Source of the DNA: Armatimonadota bacterium
Lineage (GTDB): Bacteria; Armatimonadota; Hebobacteria; CAIYQO01
Length of the DNA stretch: 11,218 nucleotides
Assembly (NCBI GenBank): GCA_038248345.1
Contig: JBBRXO010000088.1
Coordinates: forward strand, 1-11,218
Direction: 5' to 3'
Shown here: positions 1-7,519 of the stretch, in pieces
Position numbering within the stretch: position 1 is the stretch's first letter
Layout: each line of letters begins with the position of its first letter
Notes under the pieces: model-generated
What the model saw: the letters and a program-made list of their open reading frames with translations, nothing else
What the model was told of the DNA's origin: nothing
Databases searched by the model: none
Made by a program: the position numbers and the translations under genes

Positions 1-150
1 AAAACCCCTAATAAAACATCAAAACTGAGAGTTTTTCCTTAATTTTTGTCGAAATAATAACTTAGGATTATTAACACTTTAAAACGAGCTACAAATATGC
101 TGGAAAACCTCTCATTTTAAATCTTTAATTTGGGGTTTTTCAGGGGCTCC
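1..150. mobile_element. Terminal fragment of an IS element (probable IS5 family, IS5 subgroup); terminal inverted repeat 135-150, followed by CTAG target 151-154
   Basis: AT-rich (15/60 GC in 1-60). It ends in GTTTTTCAGGGGCTCC, whose reverse complement GGAGCCCCTGAAAAAC matches 11118-11133 GGACCCTCTGAAAAAC at 14/16. Both ends abut CTAG. GGA-starting TIRs and YTAR targets are typical of the IS5 subgroup. No transposase is visible in the window. Confidence 0.8.
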
Positions 151-711
151 CTAGTGCGACTGGCAGATATCCGCCTCGATTCCAACGTTCTCATCCTCGG
201 TCCCGGCCCAATTGGGTTGATGGCGCTGGCGTTGGTGAAACGCATGGGCGCACGCCGCGTCTTTCTAAGTGCCTTCAGTAGCGAGAAGGCACGTATTGAA
301 GTGGCACGAAAATTCGGCGTGGATGAAGTAGTGGATCCCTCGGTTACCCCCCTGCCCACCTACGATTTCGGTTGCCAGATCGACCGCATACTGGTGACCA
401 CCCCACCACCGACACTGAATGACGCATTTCAGGTAGCCAGTACTGGTGCGATCATATCATTCATCGGCATTGCCTATGGAGACAAAGGATTCTGCACATT
501 TGATGTAAATAGCTTCCATTTCAAAAAGCTGCAACTCCGCGCCTCCTTCGCCTCACCTGCGCTCTGTACCCCACTCGCTTTGCAATATCTGCGCGAAGGC
601 GTGATTGATGGTGAAGCAATGATCAGTCATCGCTTCTCGTTGACCAAGATAGAAGAAGCAGTACGCGTTGCGCGAGACACCACCCAATCCGTAAAAGTCG
701 TGGTGATTTAG
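151..711 (+). pseudogene. 3' part of a medium-chain (Zn-type, MDR) alcohol/sugar dehydrogenase, interrupted by the IS at CTAG 151-154
   Basis: Rossmann motif VLILGPGPIGLMA and MDR-like C-terminus (MISHRFSLTKIEEA...VKVVVI). The N-terminal GroES-like catalytic domain is missing. The ORF-track TTG start at 130 lies inside the IS end and has no RBS. Confidence 0.85.
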
Positions 712-741
712 GATATATCAATTTTTTAGAAGGAGTTTACC

Positions 742-1788
742 ATGCCAACAACTGTCGGCGTTATCGGCTGTGGAAGTATCAGCCGCTTCCATTTTTCAGG
801 TCTGGAAAAGGCCGGGGCGAAGATCGCCTGGGTATGTGACCTGAACGAAGCAGCAGCACGCCCGTGGGCGGAGAAATTTGCTGCACGCTACACCGCGGAT
901 TATCGCGAGGGGCTTGCCGACCCGACGGTAGCGCTTATCGACATCACTACCATCTCCTCGGTACATAAAGAGATCTGCATGGGAGCGATAGCAGCCGGTA
1001 AGGCAATTATCTGCGAAAAGACCCTCACCGACAACCCAGCTGACTCACTGGAAATCGCCCAGGCAGCAACGCAAGCAGATACTTATTTAGCGACTGCCTA
1101 CATGAAGCGCTACTTCCCAGCGGCACAACAGGCAAAGTCTCTTCTGGCGGATATGGGACAGATCATAAGTATCCATGCGCGCTCCTGGCAACCGTGGGAT
1201 TTATGGAATACCCCACTGGATGCCGGTCTTACCACCCATCCATCGGTTGTACGGCGGATGTATGGTGGTGGTGTCCTCGTATGTGCTGGTAGCCATATCC
1301 TCGATCTGTTGCACTGGTTCGGGGGACGCCCCAGCGCTGTCTGCGGTGACATGCATGTGCGTGAAGGAATGGACATCGATAATCAGGCAAACGCAATGCT
1401 CTGGTTCGAGAACGGAGGTATTGCTCATCTCGAATGTTGCTGGCATCCATTACGCTTTGCCGGATATGAAAAAAATGGCTGGGACGAACGACTGGAGATC
1501 AACACTATCTCCGGGCGATTAGATTTATACACTGTCATGTGGGATCATCCACTCAACAATGGCGCGCTTCTGGTTCATCAGGATGCTGCGACCGGTAAGA
1601 CGACTGAGTACCGCTATACCGCACAAAATCCTTTTGATTTGGAAATTGCCGAGATGCTACGCTGTTTTTCTTCGGGTTTGTCACCATCACCATCTGCTTG
1701 GGACGGTTATGTAGTAGACGAGCTCATCGCGAGTATCCAACAAAGTGGAACAAGCAAACAGGTGGTAAATATCGACTGGAAGTTCTAG
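742..1788 (+). CDS. Gfo/Idh/MocA family NAD(P)-dependent oxidoreductase (348 aa)
   Basis: N-terminal VGVIGCGSIS, CEKT (variant of the EKP motif), GGGVL...SHILDL. RBS AAGGAG precedes ATG 742, 30 nt after the upstream stop. Confidence 0.92.
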   Translation: MPTTVGVIGCGSISRFHFSGLEKAGAKIAWVCDLNEAAARPWAEKFAARYTADYREGLADPTVALIDITTISSVHKEICMGAIAAGKAIICEKTLTDNPADSLEIAQAATQADTYLATAYMKRYFPAAQQAKSLLADMGQIISIHARSWQPWDLWNTPLDAGLTTHPSVVRRMYGGGVLVCAGSHILDLLHWFGGRPSAVCGDMHVREGMDIDNQANAMLWFENGGIAHLECCWHPLRFAGYEKNGWDERLEINTISGRLDLYTVMWDHPLNNGALLVHQDAATGKTTEYRYTAQNPFDLEIAEMLRCFSSGLSPSPSAWDGYVVDELIASIQQSGTSKQVVNIDWKF

Positions 1789-1810
1789 AAATAGGCATAT
1801 TGCATAGCGC

Positions 1811-1861
1811 AAAAAAGAACAGGTGGTGTATGTAGTCTCAATGCCCACATACACCACCTGT
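1811..1861. terminator. Intrinsic terminator between convergent genes
   Basis: Perfect 15-bp inverted repeat ACAGGTGGTGTATGT (1819-1833) / ACATACACCACCTGT (1847-1861). The A-run at 1811-1816 gives a U-tract on the minus strand. Confidence 0.75.
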
Positions 1862-1870
1862 AGGGAAAAC

Positions 1871-2785
1871 TTACTCCCCTAACAATCGTTGCATCAGCAT
1901 CTGCTGAAACCCAGCCAAATCTTCCCAGGCAAGAGCGACTTCCATTATGGGGGCAGTCGGGTCGACAACGGTGAAACCCTCATCATCTACGCGGATGCCC
2001 ATCTTCTCTATTTTCAGGAACTCGCGACTGTGTGCCAAGTGCACTGCGACGGTATCGAAGAGAATAGAGCTGCGAAGCTGCGGTTGCCCGGCGAACCACC
2101 CGTCCTCCGCATTATTTGTGTGATAATATTCCAGCCAAACACGATAGTTTTCCAGTACCATCTGCACCAACGGCGAGGAACTGGCGGCGAGACGCTGCAA
2201 ATCACTGCCGGACAGTCGCACATTACCACAGGTATCCAAGGGGGTGAAAACCATCGGCCATTTTGCTGTAAATGTAATCTTCGAAGCAACAAGGTCTTTG
2301 ACGACATTAAACTCGGCGACAGCGCCCTCCAAGTCATCGTTATTACGGTTTATTGATCCTTGCATCCCTATAAAGAGAGCGCGTTCTGCTATCCGAGGTT
2401 CTAATTTCAGCGCGTCTCCAATATTTGTGAGCGGTGCAATTGCGATAATGGTGATTTGCTCTTCACTATTCATCACCAAATCAACAATTGCCGCTGCGGC
2501 GTCCGCAATAATAACCCCCGGATACTGAAGGATATCGTAACCCTCCACCCATGCCTTTTGAGTCGATTCCACTTCACCTATTGACCGCCCAATGGCGATG
2601 GGGATATCCGTGCGGCCCACCATCTCCAGCATACGCGCTGTCAATGCAGCCCGGTACCTGGTATCGCCAGTAGCCATGGTGATCAAACGAAGATCCAGCT
2701 CGGGGGATTGCAGCAGCATAGCCAGTGCCCACGTGTCATCAATGTCCGTCCCGATATCTGTATCGAGAATAACTGGAATAGCCAT
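1871..2785 (-). CDS. Nucleoside hydrolase (IU-NH fold) family protein (304 aa)
   Basis: N-terminal Asp cluster ILDTDIGTDIDD, plus IAIAPLTNI, MQGSI, AEFNV..D and TPLD motifs. RBS GAGGAG lies upstream of the ATG. Confidence 0.9.
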   Translation of the reverse strand: MAIPVILDTDIGTDIDDTWALAMLLQSPELDLRLITMATGDTRYRAALTARMLEMVGRTDIPIAIGRSIGEVESTQKAWVEGYDILQYPGVIIADAAAAIVDLVMNSEEQITIIAIAPLTNIGDALKLEPRIAERALFIGMQGSINRNNDDLEGAVAEFNVVKDLVASKITFTAKWPMVFTPLDTCGNVRLSGSDLQRLAASSSPLVQMVLENYRVWLEYYHTNNAEDGWFAGQPQLRSSILFDTVAVHLAHSREFLKIEKMGIRVDDEGFTVVDPTAPIMEVALAWEDLAGFQQMLMQRLLGE

Positions 2786-2836
2786 AGTCTATAACTCCTC
2801 ATGTTAATATTTGCAATATTTCATCTTTGAACACGC

Positions 2837-3385
2837 TTACTTCCACAGTACCATACCAACATATGATACTGTATCGGCGCCATTAATATAGGAAAGCCCG
2901 ACCGATGTGACGAGGGCGTTGATATCCAACCCCTGCGCTTCTACCGAGGACATCGCCAACTCGGGGAAGCGGCACGGTTCGTCGGGGCAGCTACACACTT
3001 CGCATTGATCACAACTACCGCAGCCGAAAGCAATGAATTCGGAGTCAGGGCAGAGTTCTACCAATTGCGCGAGAATCTTTCGCACACTGTTATTGTGAGT
3101 ATGTGCGGCCTCGGTCATACCTTCAAAATCCCACGAATCTTCTAGTGTCGTGATGCTCTGCAATACCAGACTATGTGAATAAGTGAGCAAGCGCGCTTCC
3201 AACACCGCCAACTCACCTGCGTAAGGCGGACAAGTCCATGATTTGCCTGATTTGCCGCAATAATTCACCAGGCAACTCTGGCGCACTTCTTCTTCGGCGA
3301 GTAAACCTGTCGACGATCGAACTCGTGCATGGGTAACTCCCGCCGCCTCCGCAAGTTGCTGTATTGTTGCTGACATTTCCGTCAT
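2837..3385 (-). CDS. DUF2284-like predicted metal-binding Cys-rich protein (182 aa)
   Basis: Pattern C-x3-C...WTCPP...GSCDQCEVC...PCRFP..A.SSVEAQGLDI...YVGMVL. RBS AAAGGA. Sits 51 nt upstream of the hydrolase gene, so probably co-transcribed. Confidence 0.85.
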   Translation of the reverse strand: MTEMSATIQQLAEAAGVTHARVRSSTGLLAEEEVRQSCLVNYCGKSGKSWTCPPYAGELAVLEARLLTYSHSLVLQSITTLEDSWDFEGMTEAAHTHNNSVRKILAQLVELCPDSEFIAFGCGSCDQCEVCSCPDEPCRFPELAMSSVEAQGLDINALVTSVGLSYINGADTVSYVGMVLWK

Positions 3386-3421
3386 AATTTGATTCCTTTG
3401 GCCTTGAGCATCTCTAATGTG

Positions 3422-3430
3422 AGTATAACA
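3422..3430 (-). promoter_or_regulatory. Candidate extended -10 promoter for the DUF2284-hydrolase operon
   Basis: Minus strand TGTTATACT (TGnTAnnnT) about 36 nt upstream of the start. No good -35. Confidence 0.45.
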
Positions 3431-3579
3431 GAATCACGAAGTAGATAAAAGCAGCGATCCTCAAAAAAAATTAGTAAAAACGAAGAAATCAGGCAACAAA
3501 AACTGTTAGTTGGTGTCAAAGATTGTAATCAAATAAACAACCAGTATGACACTGCCGTTATATGACACATGCCAGCAAC

Positions 3580-3609
3580 TTGAATAGACTGGCCTGCGTA
3601 TCATACAAT
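3580..3609 (+). promoter_or_regulatory. Candidate sigma70 promoter for the large secreted protein
   Basis: TTGAAT (3580-3585), 18-nt spacer, TACAAT (3604-3609). Followed by RBS AGGAGG at 3638-3643. Confidence 0.45.
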
Positions 3610-3648
3610 GGAAAACAAATCACAGGATATACACTTTAGGAGGTGTTT

Positions 3649-6600
3649 ATGATAACACGTATTCTCATTGCGTTTATGCTGATGTTAATGGCCATCAGCG
3701 TGCTGGCAACGGAGACGGAGAACAATGGTCTCCCGATTCTCCCTGCAGCAGAACAAGTCATTATTGATGGAAAGACCGGAGACTGGGATCTGTCTGGCGG
3801 TATCTTTGCCTCCAGCGATGTGGAAAACCAGCGCGACAAATATGGCGTCTGGCTCCACGGGATGTATGATGCAGACAATTTCTATCTGCTGGCGAAATGG
3901 AATGATGAAACTCCCCTAAATAACCCGGGCAGCTCCAAAGGAGATTACGGATTCGCTGGCGATTGCCTGCAATTCCGCATCATCACCAATCCGGACACAG
4001 CCGAGCGCACTTCGCACTGGACAACCTGGCGCGATCGCGACGCCGTTGACACCATGGATGCTGCCTACGGCAAACAGTTCAACCAGGGTAACCTGCGCAA
4101 CGCAATAGACAAAGGCGCAAAAATGGGTTTCCAGGTGAATGCAGACCGCAAAGGATACGCGCAGGAGATTGCTATCCCCTGGTCTTTACTGCTGGCAGAT
4201 GGTAAAACAGCGCCGAAAGCTGGCGAGAAGATCGTCATCACCTTTGAGCCTAACTATACCATTGGCACCGAAGGGCGCATCTCAATTAAAGAAAACTTCA
4301 AACCCGGAATAGTGCCAGATCGTGTCTTTACCTTTATGTCCTCGCCCTCCTGGGGCTACGGGACGCTGGAAGCAAAAGGAGATATTCAGCCACATGCGGA
4401 ACGACTATCGGATGGACGGGAATTCCCCGTCAGTATGGTAAACGGTGTTCCGGCGGTCGACTGGACCGATCTGATTAAAAACAAGGAGCTGAAAGGTTTT
4501 AAGACCATAACCTTTACCATGCCGGAAGATGGCTTCATTTCGCTGATTATCAAAAATCAGGAAGGCGCAACTGTACGACAACTGCTGAACAGCGCCTTCT
4601 ATGTCAAAGGCAAACATGATGTAAAATGGGATGGCCTGACCACTATGAACTGGCGCACGCCTGGAGCACCAGTACCAGAAGGTGAGTATACCTGGGAAGC
4701 AATCTGGAACAAAGGTATCGGACTGAAATTCGTGGGCTGGGCTGACAACAGCGGTAGCGCCCCCTGGGATTCTACCCCGCAAGCAAACTGGGGCGGTGAC
4801 CATGGTTCACCCGTCAGTGTCACCTCTGATGATAAGCAGGTTTATCTCGGTTGGTCTGGTGCCGAAGCTGGCAAAGCGCTGCTCGGCTGCGATCTGCAGG
4901 GGAATGTGCTGTGGAAACAGAGCCGCGCCGGTATGGCAGGCGCCGAATTGCTAGCCGTTGATAATGGTACCGTATATGCCCAGCACTGGGGTGGCGACCT
5001 TTATCGTGTTGATAGCAAAAAAGGTGGCTATACCGCATGGGTAGGCTCCGATAACTCCCCCGATATCATGATTAAGACACTCTGGGGCACCGATAAAGTG
5101 AAGCAGGAAAGTGCCGATTCCCTGGATGCCAAAAATGGCAAACTCTATCTGGGCTTCTCCAAAGCTGACACCGTTATGCTCCTTGATGGACAAACCGGCA
5201 AGGTGCTGAAACAATTTGATATCAAAGCTCCCACCGATATCAAAGCAGTTAGCGATACCCTGGTATATGTCGTATCAGAAGGCACCAAGGTACTAGCGCT
5301 AAACCCGCAGACGGGTGAAACGAAACCGTTCATCACTGACCTTGTGAATGCCCGTGCAGTAGCAGTAGACAAAGAAGGTTCTATCTACATCGGCCTGCGT
5401 GAGCCAGACAACCAGGTGATGATGTACTCCGCAGACGGCAAGGCTCTCGGTTCAATTGGGCGCAAAGGTGGCCGTGCATTACTGGGCAAGTGGACCTCAG
5501 ACGGTATGGCGTTCATTAGCGATCTGACCATCGCTGCCGATGGCAAACTCTGGGTTGCAGAAAACGATATGGCTCCGAAACGCTTCAGCAGTTGGGATCC
5601 AAAAACTGGGAAACTGGTGAAGGAATTCTTCGGCCCCACAACCTACGGCGCTTTGGGTGGCGGTATCAACCCCACCGATCCATACCTCATGGTTGGGCAG
5701 GGATGCGAATGGCGCATCGACCCTAAAACTGGTCTCAGTACCAACCTCGGTTGTTTCACTCGCGACGGGATGGAAAACTCACGTTTTGGCATCGGGAATG
5801 GCGGCAGAACTTACCTGGCGGTAGCGCCAGGGTGGATTGCTGGCTCTGATATAATTCGCATCTTCGAGCGTCTAGGCGATGCTGATTATAAGCTTCGTGC
5901 AACTTTCACCTACCACGGCAAAGGTGCTGCTGCCCAAACAACCTTCTGGGCTGATGAAAACGGCGACAGTATTGTGCAACCAACTGAAGAAAAAAATTAT
6001 AACGGCAAAGTGGAATTCAGTGGCTGGTATATGTACTTCGGGACAGATATGTCTATCTACAGCGGTACTCGCCAATTCAAAGTTGCTGGCTTCACCGCAT
6101 GCGGTGCGCCGAAATGGGACTTGGCAGCTCCTGTAGTAATGCCCAGCTACGGACTCGGATCAGCAGATGGCACCCTCGTAATGCGCCAGGGTGATTACAA
6201 CGTATCGAATGGCTGGAATTACTGCTACGATATCGCCTCCGGCAAACTACGCTGGACCTACCCCGATAACTTCGTCGGCGTACACGGCTCACATAACGCT
6301 GTACCTGCCGAAACTGGTATGATCCGTGGTTCTTTTGGCCCCTGTGGCTCTGTGAAACTACCCGCGCCAATTGGCAATGCCTGGGTAATAGCTACCAACA
6401 TCGGTGAGTGGCACATACTTACAGAAAGTGGTTACTATCTCACCCGCCTGTTCGAGCCAGACCAAATGAAATTCATCTGGCCGGACAAAGCTGTCCCCGG
6501 AGTTAGCATGAACACCGTACCATGTGGCATGGGCGGCGAGGACTTTGGCGGCAGCGCCACCCTGGCAGACAACGGCAAACTCTACCTGCAGGCCGGCAAG

Positions 6601-7425
6601 ACCGGTTTCTGGAATATAGAAGTAACTGGCCTGGAGACGGTACAAGCACTGCAGGGTAATAAGATTACCATCAGCGCTGCTGATATGGTTATGGCAAAAA
6701 CCTTCCATGATGGCTATCTGCAGGAAGCGGCTGGCACTAAAAAGATAACAGTAAACCAGGCCACCCCGCAATTCACTGGCGATTTAACTAAAGATTTTGC
6801 TGGAGCCGATGTCATCAACTATCAGAAACAGGATGGCATGCCCATTCGCAGCGCTATGGTAACAGATGATAAAAATCTTTACCTGGCTTGGGATGTTACC
6901 GACAAAACACCTTGGGTTAACGGCGCAGAAGCTCCCGAATTCCTGTACGTTCGCGGTGACACCGTGGACTTCCAGATCGGATCTGACGTCAAAGCCAGTA
7001 AGACCCGCACTGATGCTGTGATGGGCGATATGCGCCTCTCCATTGGTAGTTTTGCCGGGAAAGACACCGCGGTACTCTTCCGAAAAGTATGGACAGATAA
7101 GAAGAACCAGAAAATCTTTAGTTCTGGCGTAATTCGAGAGTATCCGATGGACAGCGTCACCGTTATTGATGGTGCAGTTATTAAAACCACCAAACGCAAT
7201 AACGGGTATGTGGTCGAAGCATCCATCCCACTCGCATCCCTCAATCTGAAGCCAGTTGCTGGCCAGGCACTACGCGGCGACTTCGGAGTTACCTACAGCG
7301 ACGTAGCTGGTGGTGACACCGCACTCCGCGCATACTGGAGCAACCAGTCTACCGGTATCGTCAACGACGAAGTATTCGAGTTGATGCTGGAGCCCGGCAA
7401 ATGGGGTGAGCTGCTAATCAAATAG
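3649..7425 (+). CDS. Large secreted multidomain protein (1258 aa): Sec signal peptide, CBM9/DOMON-like domain, FlgD-type Ig domain, beta-propeller (PQQ/NHL-like) region, C-terminal CBM9-like domain; function unknown
   Basis: AGGAGG-N5-ATG at 3649. Signal peptide MITRILIAFMLMLMAISVLA. CBM9-like motifs IDG..GDW / YD..NFYL / GY..EIAIPW. FlgD-like segment ITFTMPEDGFISLII...VRQL...WDGL...GEYTW. Repeated D-x-x-T/S-G-K blade motifs. Confidence 0.85.
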   Translation: MITRILIAFMLMLMAISVLATETENNGLPILPAAEQVIIDGKTGDWDLSGGIFASSDVENQRDKYGVWLHGMYDADNFYLLAKWNDETPLNNPGSSKGDYGFAGDCLQFRIITNPDTAERTSHWTTWRDRDAVDTMDAAYGKQFNQGNLRNAIDKGAKMGFQVNADRKGYAQEIAIPWSLLLADGKTAPKAGEKIVITFEPNYTIGTEGRISIKENFKPGIVPDRVFTFMSSPSWGYGTLEAKGDIQPHAERLSDGREFPVSMVNGVPAVDWTDLIKNKELKGFKTITFTMPEDGFISLIIKNQEGATVRQLLNSAFYVKGKHDVKWDGLTTMNWRTPGAPVPEGEYTWEAIWNKGIGLKFVGWADNSGSAPWDSTPQANWGGDHGSPVSVTSDDKQVYLGWSGAEAGKALLGCDLQGNVLWKQSRAGMAGAELLAVDNGTVYAQHWGGDLYRVDSKKGGYTAWVGSDNSPDIMIKTLWGTDKVKQESADSLDAKNGKLYLGFSKADTVMLLDGQTGKVLKQFDIKAPTDIKAVSDTLVYVVSEGTKVLALNPQTGETKPFITDLVNARAVAVDKEGSIYIGLREPDNQVMMYSADGKALGSIGRKGGRALLGKWTSDGMAFISDLTIAADGKLWVAENDMAPKRFSSWDPKTGKLVKEFFGPTTYGALGGGINPTDPYLMVGQGCEWRIDPKTGLSTNLGCFTRDGMENSRFGIGNGGRTYLAVAPGWIAGSDIIRIFERLGDADYKLRATFTYHGKGAAAQTTFWADENGDSIVQPTEEKNYNGKVEFSGWYMYFGTDMSIYSGTRQFKVAGFTACGAPKWDLAAPVVMPSYGLGSADGTLVMRQGDYNVSNGWNYCYDIASGKLRWTYPDNFVGVHGSHNAVPAETGMIRGSFGPCGSVKLPAPIGNAWVIATNIGEWHILTESGYYLTRLFEPDQMKFIWPDKAVPGVSMNTVPCGMGGEDFGGSATLADNGKLYLQAGKTGFWNIEVTGLETVQALQGNKITISAADMVMAKTFHDGYLQEAAGTKKITVNQATPQFTGDLTKDFAGADVINYQKQDGMPIRSAMVTDDKNLYLAWDVTDKTPWVNGAEAPEFLYVRGDTVDFQIGSDVKASKTRTDAVMGDMRLSIGSFAGKDTAVLFRKVWTDKKNQKIFSSGVIREYPMDSVTVIDGAVIKTTKRNNGYVVEASIPLASLNLKPVAGQALRGDFGVTYSDVAGGDTALRAYWSNQSTGIVNDEVFELMLEPGKWGELLIK

Positions 7426-7442
7426 TAGTATACCCTACGTTC

Positions 7443-7490
7443 AAAACGCGCCTGGCACTCTTTCAGGAGATAGAGTATCGGGCGCGTTTT
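7443..7490. terminator. Bidirectional intrinsic terminator between convergent genes
   Basis: AAAACGCGCC (7443-7452) / GGCGCGTTTT (7481-7490), with the stem extendable inward through ACTCT/AGAGT. Confidence 0.75.
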
Positions 7491-7519
7491 ATTGTGTCAA
7501 ATTTTGCAGTCAACAACTG

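Noticed and set aside
46..74. Outward-facing IS promoter TTGTCG-17-TATTAA
   Set aside because: The -10 lacks the conserved final T, and such matches are expected in DNA of about 25% GC.
130..150. TTG start giving an intact 193-aa dehydrogenase
   Set aside because: The start and first 7 codons lie in the IS end, there is no RBS, and the catalytic domain is missing.
7426..7519. att-site duplication of the tRNA-Ala 3' end
   Set aside because: No copy of TGGTGGAGCCAAGC was seen here or elsewhere on reading, and there is no integrase.
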